Notes: generated from the sequence alone by a model not told the origin. A DNA stretch of 64,000 bases from Octopus sinensis (GCF_006345805.1 NC_043001.1:76012001-76076000), one strand, 5' to 3'. Positions 40,761 to 53,904 are shown, numbered from the stretch's first letter. Numbers and translations: made by a program.

Positions 40761-42297
40761 TTCAAAGATTTTAATACCTGCCTCAATTCCAAAAATGAAG
40801 CTTTTCCATGACACCCCTCCATAGGCAAGTAATACTAGCCGACGGAAAACCCCAACATTTTCACTGTAAGTTGTCTTAGTGAATCAATCTCTTTAGTGTG
40901 AATGACACTTCAAATATTCTTCTCTTTTTTTTATAACAACCTAGTCATTCATTACCATTTCTTATTTTCTTCCTCTTCTGCTTACGTCATAGTCCCTCTC
41001 AGCACCCTTTTGACAATAAATGAGAAGCTAAAAGCTAATGAAGTTTTTGAAATGTGTATTAATATAACTAGACATAAGAGACGGTGTTTTCCACGCATTA
41101 CATTTTAGCATCTTGAAAATGTCGTTCTAGAAATTCTAGGTCCAATTAAAAGACAAATGGCAGCGGCTAGACGATCTTTGATCTACAGCGATTTATTTTG
41201 AATTCTTGCAAGTTTTTGAAAAAACGCATATAAACGGAGCAGACATTTAGAATAATTTATGAAAAGATAAAATTAGTCAAAAGAGGAAGTGGGGAAGAGA
41301 AATTAAAGAAATATAATAAACAGAAAAAGAAAAGAGAGATATGTAGAGACATGAGGAAGAGAAAAAGATAAAGAGACTCGTAGAGAGGGTTTAAATGACA
41401 AGGAATCGAGATATGAAAAGTGCAAGGTAATATCAGAAAGCCAAGAAATTTGGTAGAATTTGGTAAAATTCATCCCTAAAAATTGGTATTAACAAAAATA
41501 GATTATGAGTTGATTTGCTGAAGAGAATGAAAAATCTAGCGTTTCAGTCATCTATTCTTCTTCAGAGAAAGAAAATATGATAGGCTACTATCACGGTGAA
41601 AGAATGCACTCGAAAGAAACATGTGGAAAAAAACCCATTTTACATCGAGGTTACGAACAGATCTTTTACGAAATATTTACCGTATTTTTAAAGTCATTTC
41701 CACTTTAGAATACGTTTTAAATATACCAAAACAAATTGTAATGGTATTCCCTTGAAAATAATTTTCTAAAAATTTGAAATATTGTCTGTTTAAAGAAAGC
41801 TAAAATATAAATATTTACTGTACAAACAACTTACATTTTTGAAATCACATTCACTTAAATATATTTCTAAAGGATTAAAATATTGTGTTTAACAAAAGCG
41901 AAAATAGAAACATTTACTGTAAAACAAAAATCGTATTTTTTCGTTGTCAACTCACTGTGTCTAATAGAAAGATGGGAGTTTCTTTCCTTTCGGGATGAAG
42001 ATTATTTTCTGGACATTTCCTATTATGCACCGCATTGGGTATTTAGATTCCGAAAACCTCTATCTTGAAAATCACTTTACTGATTTACGTGAAACTTGTT
42101 ACATTCCGATCGTATTAACATTTGAGGGTAAACTTAATTCACCATATTTTCCCATCAAGCGCCAGTTCGGCTGAGTAACATTGCAAGCAAGCAAGATTCA
42201 ATCTACTTTTAATAGTATATAGATATATATACACACACACGACTGAGTGGACAAACGAAAGAAGGGCACTCAACACATTTATTAGGAGTTACATGTG

Positions 42298-42462
42298 TGG
42301 ATCAAAACAGTTTGATACAAATTCCTTAGTACTTTAAGTTTCAAAGCGTGATGCTAATCCTCAACCACTGAAAAATTGAGTCAAGTTTCCAATGGCTGAC
42401 AATTAGCTTCACGCTTTGAAACTTAAAGTACCAAGGAATTTGAATCAAACTATTTTGATTCA
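42298..42462. repeat. 165-bp near-perfect palindrome (foldback)
   Basis: Arms tggatcaaaacagtttgatacaaattccttagtactttaagtttcaaagcgtgatgctaat.. match the reverse complement of the right half with few mismatches; centre about 42380. Confidence 0.9.
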
Positions 42463-42689
42463 TATATATTTGCGCTTTGGGATTTCATCAAAGACAAAGT
42501 GATTGTAAACACCGCCGACTGAGAGGTAGGCGAGTGGCCAAGAGAGTTAAAATGTCGAACTGAAGATTTGAAGATTCTCTAGGAGTTGTCACGAATGTCT
42601 AATAAGTGCCCATGAAATCTGTGTCCCAAATGGTCGCCCGTTTTACTCAAGTATAAAGCACCGCAAAGCGTGCAAGTTATTCAGTATAT

Positions 42690-42960
42690 TAGGTTAAGGA
42701 AGTGTAAACAAATGATCGATCATGTTGATACCAGACTTGGGACCTGCTGTGAGGACATCGGGGCCATGTTAATAGAACACGTAAAGCAACGAAGTTAAAA
42801 ACACGTGATGATGGGTGTGTCCAGGAGGGATGAACAACTGAGAAGGTCGAGTAGTCGAGCAGATTTATATCTTTTGTAAAGGATAGGCGTGGAGGTTCGG
42901 GAAAAGTTGGGCGAGGTTGTGGGGGGTTGGATAGCAGAAAGTAGAAATTGCCAATATGAA
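42690..42960 (-). mobile_element. PLE fossil (linker before GIY-YIG)
   Basis: TFPEPPRLSFTKDINLLD and TAGPKSGINMIDH resemble the P...F.R..NL.D and ITGPK...I.D.F region. Confidence 0.45.
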
Positions 42961-43079
42961 TACAGATACGTAGTTTCTGTAAAATACAGAAAACAAGGTG
43001 GGAATGAAATGGAATAGATACTGACACGAAGAATTGGGAAGGTTAAAGAGATATAACGCATGAAAACAAAAATATATAT

Positions 43080-43123
<44 letters not shown>

Positions 43124-44035
43124 AAAGGAAGGATTATACAAGAATAGAGTAAAGAAAGACATAAAGATATAAGCAAGAGAAGAAGAAGAAAAATCTATTC
43201 CCATGTGTTAGGTTAGGAAACTTTAATATTGAGGCGGAATGGTTTTATTTATTTCATTTTTTTTTTCTCTTATTGGCATCCTTACAGATCAGTTGTATGG
43301 CTGTTGCGCTAAATAGACTTTCAATGAATAGCTGTCATCAATGTTTTATTTTTTTTTTATTTGGAAAAGAAGTGAACTCTTCCGTCTGCCAATGTAAGAT
43401 TTACTTGTCTAGATCACGAAATACCGACGTTCCAGAATGTTCCGGAAGCCCTCACCGACAGCAACATATTACAACAGCCTCTCGCGTTGCTATTTTTAGT
43501 GGATATTGAATGAAACTTTCTTTTCTTTTCTTTTTTCTTCTGTATGTTGAAAAAAATCAACTCTAATAAGCTGTGTGTTGATTTATACGTTTGTTTCCAA
43601 CGTCCTATTATAAGCTATACAGACCGTCTGCATGTCTACTGATACACTTACATCATCCATTGTTTATAAAATATCATTTTTTTAATTTCATTCTTTTATT
43701 TATTCGTGTACTTTATTAAAAAAGGGGTGTAAACAGAGATAAAATTATTGTAATTTATTCGTATTTGAGTTTTCTGTCCGTTATTACTCCGAGTCTCCTG
43801 CTATCATCTCGTTCCTCACGATCTTAGAGATACTCAGAATAGTGAGAGTGAAGTCTCAGCTTTGAACAAATGAATAAGTTCTATTACTTTAATCATTGCT
43901 CATTCTCTTCACTCACGTACACATACACAAATGCATTCACGCATGTGTGTTCGCACGAGATTGTGTGTGTGTATGTGTGTTTGTGTGTGTGTGTATGTGT
44001 AAGTATGTGTGTATATATATATACACACACACACA

Positions 44036-44230
44036 CAATTGCAACATGGAAGGTGTTTATAAGCCATTTAAAAACACACAAAAACCGTTAGATTCACTTC
44101 AACATTTAAATTTACTTTGTCAAAATATTTTCGTCGCTTTGAGACCGCGACCTGGTCACTGACAAAATTCCGAGCATGAAATTCCGAGTATTTTTTAAAT
44201 GGCGTATAAACACCTTCCACGCTGCAATTG
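44036..44230. mobile_element. 195-bp MITE-like foldback with about 42-bp terminal inverted repeats
   Basis: caattgca(a/g)c(a/g)tggaaggtgtttata(a/c)gccatttaaaaa at both ends in inverted orientation. Confidence 0.85.
44116..44166 (-). ncRNA. Minimal type I hammerhead-like motif with G3:C8 core
   Basis: uuuguca-GUGACCA-g-gucgc-ggucucaaa-gcgac-GAAA-AUAU-UU-ugacaaa. Confidence 0.55.
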
Positions 44231-44263
44231 TTTTTGTTTCAGCAATATTTTTAACGTATATAT

Positions 44264-44305
<42 letters not shown>

Positions 44306-44339
44306 CGGTGCTCCAGCATGGCGAATGATTCACGCTGAA

Positions 44340-44510
44340 ATCTACAAGTTATTTTCCCTCTCCCTATGTTTATTTTTTCTTATTCCTTTCTGTTGAAAAG
44401 CGTAGCCTCGAAACGTAAAAGACTTTTTCATTTTTCCCGAGCGTCAAACTTACACGCTTGTTCTTCATACACCAGTTTTCGTCTTTTGTTTTCTTTTAAA
44501 TTTCAACTAT
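44340..44510 (+). mobile_element. PLE-type terminal fragment with degenerate hammerhead at 44386-44421
   Basis: cttt-CTGTTGA-a-aagc-gtag-cctc-GAAAC-GTA-aaag. Confidence 0.55.
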
Positions 44511-44925
44511 GTAAGCTCACGCGATCACATCAGTTTGATCCTGATTGAACTTCCAACTCTTTGAACTTGCATATGTGAACCACTTCCCGAACTTCCAGCA
44601 CCTCTCCCCATCCACAAACCAGCTCTCCACCCGGATTCCCACTGGATTTCCTGACTCTACCTTCACGGATTTCAGTGGATTTTTTCGTTGGTATATATAT
44701 AGGAATCTAATGCTCTTAGCTTTGTTTTTGCTTGGGGCTGGCCAGATTGGAGCAATTTCGAGTATAACCAGCCGAAATTGCAAAGACAATCTGGAACTTG
44801 ACTGAGGAAACAAAACTCCAAATGACTCGTCCTTTTTTTCTTTGTATCGTCTATCTGGATGTTTTGTTGTCCCTTTTTTGTATCACCTGTCTGGATGTTT
44901 TGCGTTCTTGTCCCATTTTGTATTT

Positions 44926-44979
<54 letters not shown>

Positions 44980-44994
44980 GGTGGGTGGGTGGGT

Positions 44995-45165
44995 GTGTAC
45001 ACAACAGCTTTTTTCAGTTTCCGTCTACTGAACCCACGTGCAAGGTTTTGGTCAGGCCGGACCTATAGTAGAAGACACTTGGTCAAGTTGCCACGTACTG
45101 GAACTGAACCCGGTACCATGTGGCTGGAAAGCAAACTTCTTACCACACAGCCACGCCGGCGCCTA
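44995..45165 (-). mobile_element. SINE family B, head and core
   Basis: Reverse complement of the B consensus seen elsewhere. Confidence 0.8.
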
Positions 45166-45484
45166 TGATCCTGAATAAAATATTGGATGGCCCCGGTTGG
45201 GTTACCTATGATCACCGCTCTACTGGATGAGTGTTCATCTATAGCTAACCAAGAACAAATGACTCATATTTAGTGCGAAGTTTAAAATTACAAAAAAAAA
45301 AATGTTTTAAGAGACAAAGAACTCCGGAGGTAAAATGTCGTTTTCAGGGAAGGAAAAAGTGGTAAAGTGTTAAGAACCGGGGTTCATGCAATAGAATTCG
45401 TTGAAGTAGATGACTTGAAGAAGTGAGAAGAGAACATTCTTACGGGTTGCGTACAGTGAGCGAGTTCAGAAAACTAGAGATCAA

Positions 45485-46088
45485 CTAGAGGCGGTGAGCT
45501 GGCAGAAACGTTAGCACGCCGGACGAAATGTTTAGCGGTATTTCGTCTGCCGCTACGTTCTGAGTTTAAATTCCGCCGAGGTCGACTTTGCCTTTCATCC
45601 TTTCGGAGCCGATTAAATAAGTACCAGTTACACACTATGTCGATGTAAGTGACTTAATCCGTTTGTCTCTCCTTGTTTGTCCCCTCTGTGTTTAGCCCCT
45701 TGTGGGTAGTAAAGAAATAGGTATTTCGTCTGCCGCTACGTTCTGAGTTCAAATTCCGCCGAGGTCGACTTTGCCTTTCATCCTTTCGGAGCCGATTAAA
45801 TAAGTACCAGTTACACACTGGGGTCGATGTAAGCGACTTAATCCGTTTGTCTCTCCTTGTTTGTCCCCTCTGTGTTTAGCCCCTTGTGGGTAGTAAAGAA
45901 ATAGGTATTTCGTCTGCCGCTACGTTCTGAGTTCAAATTCCGCCGAGGTCGACTTTACCTTTCATCCTTTCGGGGTCGATTAAATAAGTACCAGTTACGC
46001 ACTGGGGTCGATATAATCGACTTAATCCGTTTGTCTGTCCTTGTTTGTCCCCTCTGTGTGTAGCCCTTTGTGGGCAGTAAAGAAATAT
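45485..46088 (+). mobile_element. SINE family A trimer inside one 16-bp TSD
   Basis: One head, then three 183/184-bp units starting ggtatttcgtc (45537, 45720, 45904); gaaaactagagatcaa at 45469-45484 and 46089-46104. Confidence 0.9.
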
Positions 46089-46840
46089 GAAAACTAGAGA
46101 TCAATCAACACAGAGATGGGAAATCAGTGGTTGTAATTTTACCATTTTTTTTTCCATTTTTCAATTGTCTCTTTTCAATCCATCTTGTGTTTTTTTTCTT
46201 ACTTTTGTTTCCTTTTATTTCTTTTTTTTTTAAATATTGCTCAGCCGCCTGTAGTTCTTAATTGTACATTGTGTTATGTTGCTAAAAGAAAGCAAAAAGA
46301 AAGAAAAAAAGTCAAACGGTATTAAATTTGAGTTTGTTAAGATATATATAAACTGTCACTTGGTACGAAGTAACAAATGTAGACGAAGGAGTGATGGCTA
46401 AAAGACACCAAGTGTAGAAATATTGAAAAAGATTGTTTTACAAACAACAAACTATTCTCCTCCGCCCTAACAACTTTCGCATGAATAGATTTTTAGACAA
46501 CAAATTGGTCCAACATGATCAACTAAGAGACCTTCTGGGATGTTTACATTGTCCAATTCCGTGAAACTACAATTACCAGTTATTTATTCAGTTTTCGTAG
46601 GGAGAGCCGGCGTCGTCGTCACCGCTGTCGTTGCAGTAGTAGTAGTAGTAGTAGTAGTAGTAGTTGTTGTTGTTGTTGTTGTTGTCGTTGTTGTCGTAGC
46701 TGGGGAAGGTTCGAAGAAATAACAGTTTTAAAATGAAGATTAACTTACCAGATGATTGTTATGTCTTCTCTCACACTTATTTTTAATCCTTACCCACCCT
46801 TCGTCTGCCGGACTATTTCTCTATAGCTCGATTTCGCTCC

Positions 46841-46876
<36 letters not shown>

Positions 46877-47324
46877 CTATCTCTCTCTTCTTCACTCTCT
46901 TTGTATTTCTTCTCCCCTTTTCTCTGTCTCTGTCTCAGTCTCTCTCTCTTTCTTTCTTTCTATCTTTCTTGCTTTTCCCAAATCTCGCAATTTACTCTTT
47001 ATCGTTTTTCTTTCGCTATCTATGCCTATATTTGTGAGTGTGTATAAGAGGGAATGTATGTGTGTTTGTCTCTATGCGTATATTTTGTGAGTTAGAGTGC
47101 GTGTGTGTCAGTGTATGCGCGTGTGTGAGACGTATTTCAGCGTGTGTCAATGTACATGCGTTTATAAGTATGTTTATACAAGGTTAAAAGAGAAACAATA
47201 AATTATAGTGAAGGTAACAGAGACGTTCACTAGTTGTATGTATGTGTGTGTGTGTCTGTGTGTGTAAGTATATAAGTATATATGCATGTTCGTGTGTATG
47301 TGCGTACATACTTAAGTGTGTATG

Positions 47325-47919
47325 TATGTATGTATATATGTATGTCTATATGTACGTAGGTGTATATGTATGTATATCTAGGTGTGTATTGATGAATGTA
47401 TGTTGGCGTGAATATATGTATGCATGTGTATGTATATGTGTGTGTGTTTGAAAGTCTCTATGTATGCATGGATGCATGGATCTATGTATAAATGTATGTA
47501 TATAGGTAGGTATATACGTTAGTGTGTATATATATAGAATGTATATATACATGTATGTATGTCGGTGCGTGTGTATGTAGGTAGATACGTATATGTATGT
47601 ATGTATGTATGTTTGTATATATGTATGTATGTATGTATATATGTATGTCTATATGTACGTAGGTGTATATGTATGTATATCTAGGTGTGGTATTGATGAA
47701 TGTATGTTGGCGTGAATATATGTATGCATGTGTATGTATATGTGTGTGTGTTTGAAAGTCTCTATGTATGCATGGATGCATGGATCTATGTATAAATGTA
47801 TGTATATAGGTAGGTATATACGTTAGTGTGTATATATATAGAATGTATATATACATGTATGTATGTCGGTGCGTGTGTATGTAGGTAGATACGTATATGT
47901 ATGTATGTATGTATGTTTG

Positions 47920-47935
<16 letters not shown>
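47325..47935. repeat. About 304-bp tandem duplication of cryptic (TATG)-rich sequence
   Basis: tatgtctatatgtacgtagg at 47341 and 47644; near-identical units. Confidence 0.9.
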
Positions 47936-47953
<18 letters not shown>

Positions 47954-48059
47954 TGTATGTATGTATGTATGTATGTATGTATGTATGTATGCGTATATAT
48001 ATTTTTGTATGCATGTTAGTAAGTAGGTGTACATATATATGAATGTAAATAGGTACGTA

Positions 48060-48263
48060 TTCTTTTATTCTTTTATTTTTGCTTGTTGCAGTCATTTGAG
48101 TGCAGCCATGCTGGAGCACCGTCATTTAGTCAAATAAATCGACCCCAGGACTTATTATTTGTAAACCTGATACTTATTCTATCAAGCTATAGGGACGTAA
48201 ACACACCAACATTGGTTGTCAAGCAATGGTGGTGGGGAACAAACACAGACACACACGCACACA

Positions 48264-48346
<83 letters not shown>

Positions 48347-48367
48347 ATAATATATATATATATATAT

Positions 48368-48405
<38 letters not shown>

Positions 48406-48545
48406 TATATATATATAATATATATATATATATGACAGGCTTTTTTCAGTTTCCGTCTACCAAATCTTCTCTAGTTTCGGGCTTTGGTCGACCCGAAGCT
48501 GGAGAAGACACCCAAGGTGCCACGTAGTGGGACTGAACCTTCTTA
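48060..48545 (-). mobile_element. SINE family B with internal (TA)n
   Basis: Tail, microsatellite and core on the minus strand. Confidence 0.8.
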
Positions 48546-48899
48546 CGACATAGTCATGTATGTTAGTAGATATGCATAGTGGGATGTATAAGTATATATT
48601 TGTGGGTAGATAGGAATATATGTAAGTCTATATGAATATGCGTGTTTATATATATATGTATATATACTTGCATGTGCACGTATATGTATTTGTGTATATA
48701 TATATGCGCATGATTTATATGTGCATACACGAAGAGATAACCATTTGTACATATAGGCATGCTTAACTAAATATTTTGCCGATATATTAATCTATATATG
48801 TATGTATATGTATGTAGTGTGTATGTATGTATATATTTATAATATCGTAGATAGACAGACAGATAGATAGAGAGAGAGAGGGAGGAGATTCAAAAACGC

Positions 48900-49050
48900 C
48901 GGCTGATATGGGAAATTTGCTTCCCAACCACATGTTTCCGTGTTCAGTCCCACTTCATGGCACCTTGAGCAAACGTCTTCTACCGTAGCCTCGGGCCGAA
49001 AAAGACTTGTGAGTGGATTTGGCAGGCAGAAACTGAAAGAAGCCTGTTGT
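48900..49050 (+). mobile_element. SINE family B, head and core
   Basis: gcttcccaaccacatg..gaaactgaaagaagcc. Confidence 0.8.
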
Positions 49051-49052
49051 GT

Positions 49053-49098
<46 letters not shown>

Positions 49099-49191
49099 TA
49101 TATATACACACACACACACCAAGCACATACACAAACACACACACACATACTTATATATATGTCCTTGTGTACGTGCGCCTGTGTATATATA

Positions 49192-49395
49192 AGTCGGCGA
49201 GCTGACAGAATCGTTAACGCGCCGGATGAAATGCTTAGTGTTATTTCACCCGTCGCTGCGTTCTGAGTTCAAATTCTGCCGCGGTTAACTTTTCCTTTCG
49301 GGGTCGATTAAATAAGTACCAGTTGCACACTGGGGTCGATTTAATCCACTTAGTCTACTCCCCCAAGCTGCCCTTGTGGCTAAAATTTAAAATCA
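49192..49395 (+). mobile_element. SINE family A
   Basis: ggcgagctgacagaatcgttaacg..ggggtcgattaaataagtaccag. Confidence 0.8.
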
Positions 49396-49639
49396 TTACT
49401 TACTTCATATATATTTATTACATATATATATATGGTGGGGTTTTTTTTTGCCAAATAAACACACGCACTATATATTCGTTCGCTTGTTTATTACTGTTCC
49501 TATTTTTTGACCATTGTCTGGAAATCGTTCGTCACACATCTGTGACCTCTTCAGCGACCCTTTCCGTCCACATGTATCCTCATACTCCGCATATTGATAT
49601 GTATATATATATATATATAATTTCATTTGCTGTATTACG

Positions 49640-49875
49640 AGTCCTGGAAGATTCATCTGGACTCTTACCGGCTTTCCAAGGCGCATAAGTGACCGGCATT
49701 CCAATATATGGGAAGTCACTTCGTCACAAGTTTGCTCGTTTACGGCTGGGTGAACTAGAGTAACATAAAATGACGCGTTTCACTCAAGGACACAACGCAT
49801 CGACCGGTCCGGGAATCGAAACCATGATGTTACAATCGTGAGTGAAACGCGCTAACCACTAGGCTACACGACTTC
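49640..49875 (-). mobile_element. SINE family C
   Basis: ccggtccgggaatcgaaacc..ctaaccactaggc head (rc). Confidence 0.65.
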
Positions 49876-50483
49876 ATTTATAAACTACTTACGCTCCACT
49901 TCTTGTGCTGTATGCTCCCCACGTTTCAAATCACTGCCGTAGAACAACAATGACAGAACAAGACAAAGAAGGAACTTCAAGACATTGTTAGATCCAAAAT
50001 AATAACCAGACTTATTCTGTATTGCTTTAACGCGATGTTACTCGCTTAAATATGCACGCATATATCATTTTAGTAGACTATACAAAGCTAAAGTGTTGTT
50101 TAGCATACCAGTAACTTGTTAAAAGAACTATAACATTTCTCTCTTTTCTTTTCTTTTCTCTCTCTCTCTATCTCTTTTCATTCTCTCTCTTTCCCTTTCT
50201 CTCTCTCTAGTCTCTCTCTTTACGGCTAAACTCTACTGACATTTTCTGGCGAATGCACATGTTTCTATTATTACGCATCTCGTAGTTATGCAAGCGAAGA
50301 AGCAGAACTGACAGCAAGTGGTGAACAAGTGTAACGATGGACTAACAGGGCTAGAACTTGTTCAGATAAACATCTTAACGAATCAGCGATCTTTTTAACA
50401 TAACGTTCCGCCTCGATAAGCGACATCTGACGGGCATTTAGCGAACCGAAGCTTTCAGAGATCAGAAAGAAAGAAAGAAAGAC

Positions 50484-50538
<55 letters not shown>

Positions 50539-50636
50539 ACATGCAAACAAACGAACTCATTCAGTCAAACAAACAAACAAGCAAAAAGTTTTCTACAAAT
50601 GTGTGTGTGTGAGCGTGCCCATGAGTGAGCGTGCCC

Positions 50637-50690
<54 letters not shown>

Positions 50691-51169
50691 ATGTGTGTGT
50701 ATGTGTGTGTATTCACGAGTGCGTCGCGCGTGTAGATAGATAGATAGTTAGATAGAGAGGCGTCAGATTTAAACTGACACAGTGTAATTAACAAAATTTA
50801 CCCATAGCAGACAATTTAGTTCTTGATTAGAAAAAGACAGTGCAATCCGGCAAGTGTCAGTCCTTTTATAGACCTCATCAGAATCAGAGAAGTCACCCAT
50901 AACTGTGTGTGTGCGTGCGTGTGTGTATGTGTGTGCGCGTGTCTGTGTGTATGTGTGTGTGTGTGTTACAGCTGATAAAATTTCACCGATGTACTCTAGT
51001 ACTCTTGTTAATTACATGTGCAATATCGGATATAAGTATAGATATACCATCAATTGTACCATACTTTGTATAATTACCATATTGTTGGGCTTTTATAAAA
51101 AAGAACGTTTTACTGCTTTCATATTTTAGTGAAATTCCGAACACAAACAAACAGGTACACACACACACG

Positions 51170-51202
<33 letters not shown>

Positions 51203-51344
51203 TTTTATGCGCTCCTACGCCGCTGAGGGTGATTTTGTTAACGTTTATTTTAAACTGTTGCTGGTCAACACCAGCAGAAATGAGATGAGCGCAAAGCAAA
51301 TTACAAGGGGCCGATATTCTAGACAGTTTTTTTTTATTTATGCG

Positions 51345-51585
51345 CCCGGTTCACGGGCCCGGTTTCCCGGTTTCTGTGGCGTATGTGTTCACCCCAGCTG
51401 GACGGGACGCCAATCCATCGCAGCGTTACACAAGAAACAGGAAGAGAGAGAGTGAGGGAAAGTTGGGGCGAAAGAGTACAATAGGGGTCGACACCTACTC
51501 ACCCCGCCGGAGCCTCGTGGAGCTTTAGGTGTTTTCGCTCAATAAACACACACATCGCCCTAACCACCGTGCCATTGGGCTACTG
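51345..51585 (-). mobile_element. SINE family C variant, internally deleted
   Basis: Shares the gggcccggtttcccggtttc..ctggacgggacgcc tail and ccctaaccac head end. Confidence 0.6.
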
Positions 51586-51704
51586 GACGTAGTAGTTAGA
51601 GGAAAGGCAGAAAGGTGGGAGGGGGATGCACCAGTTGTGGGATTAGCTCATAGGTAGTGTCCAAGTGCTTCGAGGAGAACAATTTATTATAGTAGATAGC
51701 ATGT

Positions 51705-51738
<34 letters not shown>

Positions 51739-51772
51739 GGGGGGGAGAAAATGAGATGACAAAGGAATAAGC

Positions 51773-51946
51773 GATTATCTTACGAACTTCATTAGCTTAC
51801 AGATGTTTCTGCTATAGGCTGCAGTGGAGACATAGTTGATTGCCTCAGTAATACCTTATAGCTTCATAGGAGCTTCGAACATGAAGTGAGGAAAAGAAAT
51901 ACATATATAACAGCAGCTGTAAGCTGATGAAGTTCATAAGATAATC
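51773..51946. mobile_element. 174-bp MITE-like foldback with about 35-bp inverted ends
   Basis: gattatctta(c/t)gaacttcat(t/c)agcttacag in inverted orientation. Confidence 0.8.
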
Positions 51947-52081
51947 ATTTCTTGTTTTTTTTTTTTCATCTCATTTTCTTATTACCACTCTGTAATACTT
52001 CGTCCTGAAACATATGTGTACTGAGTCCTACACCAGGTTATTAGACTCGCAGTGCCTAAGTGATATATGTATACATGCATA

Positions 52082-52166
<85 letters not shown>

Positions 52167-52251
52167 TGTATGTATGTATGTATGCATGTATGTATGTATG
52201 TATGTATGTATGTATGTATGCATATGATTGTGTGGGTATGTGTGTGTATAG

Positions 52252-52383
<132 letters not shown>

Positions 52384-52399
52384 CAGACATAAAAATTTT

Positions 52400-52631
52400 T
52401 TTTTTTCTTTTACTTGATTCAGTCATTTTGACGGACGCCATGCTGGCACGCCGCCTTTAATCAAGCCAATCGACCCCAGGACTTATTATTTGTAAGCCTA
52501 GTACTTATTCTATCGGTCTCTTTTGCCGAACTGCTAAGTTACGGGGACGTAAACACACCAGCATCGGATGTCAAGCGATGTTGGGGGACAAACAGAGACA
52601 CACAAACATATATACCCACATACATACATAT

Positions 52632-52663
<32 letters not shown>

Positions 52664-52720
52664 ATATATATATATGTTGTATACAAATACATGTATATAT
52701 ATGTTAGTTAGTTAGTTAGT

Positions 52721-52773
<53 letters not shown>

Positions 52774-52870
52774 GACGAGCTTCTTTCAGTTTCCTTCTAC
52801 CGAATCCACTTACATGGCTTTGGTCGGTCCGAGGCTATAGAAAAAGACACTTGCCGAAGGTGCCACGCAG
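52400..52870 (-). mobile_element. SINE family B with internal microsatellite
   Basis: Tail plus core. Confidence 0.85.
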
Positions 52871-53904
52871 ATATACAGGTATAGATACGTGTGTGGATGT
52901 GAGTACGTATGTGTGTGTGCATGTGTGTGTGTGTGTACGTGTGTGCATGCGTGCGTGCGTGCGTACATGTCTGTATGTGCGTATTTGAAAAGTATGAACA
53001 CATTCGTTCAATACATTAAGTATTCAAGGAAAAATAGTTGAGAATCCCTGACGGACTCGTTTTACTAATTACTGACTGACCGTCAGAGGAAGAACGCCCT
53101 ATTTTTTCCTCACTCAAGAGCATAGAATATTGGGTTACTATATAAAGCAGGCCGAAGCTAAATTACTACAGCGGTTGATAGGTTAATTTTGAATATTTGT
53201 GTTTTTTAACAGTTCATCAAAAATATGAAATATATATTTTATACACAAAAATATGCAATATATATTGTATACACAACATATGCAATATATATTTTATACA
53301 CAACATATGCAATACATATGACATATGCGAAAGCATAGTAAGAAGGCAGAGATTTAGGAGATCCAGCCAAGTAATTCAGTGAGGGATCCATGCGAAATCC
53401 AGTCCAGCAAAATGTATTGGAAGGAAAATTAGATTTAGTATTCAGTTAATACACAAAAGATGTTCCATATAAACTATAAATCCAGGGAAATTAACTGATT
53501 ATGAGATCGGTGCATCCACAGAAGATTATAAATTTAGAGAAAGAAATGTTAATGACTGTATGAGGGAGTTATGATTGTTTCGAGAATTAGTGCAATTGTG
53601 CAAGTTATTGTATATTACATATCTTTTTATTTTTATAACTCAGCTTGTTGATTGATGCAACAATTCCACTAATTATTGAAACGATCGTAACTGATGAATA
53701 AAAGCAATACTTCCATCTGCTTTTCTTTGTGTACATAAATGTATTCATTTCAATTCACACCGTGATCAAATTTGCCTTTCATCCCCACTATATCGATAAA
53801 ATAAAGTACCAATCAAATATGGGAGTCGATGTAACCGACTAACCATCTCCCTCTTCTAAATTTGGTGGCCTTTTACTAAAACTTGCAGCCAATGGTTTAA
53901 CAAC

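Noticed and set aside
44515-44820. ORFs of 86 and 98 aa downstream of a pLTR-like segment
   Set aside because: Could be a PLE 5' region but no diagnostic motif is visible
45537-46088. Regularly spaced repeats resembling a CRISPR array
   Set aside because: Units are 183-bp SINE bodies with no unique spacers, in a eukaryotic context with no cas genes
50286-50470. Possible exon after a (TTTC)n tract on the minus strand
   Set aside because: The pyrimidine tract is a microsatellite, there is no donor site, and no recognisable homology
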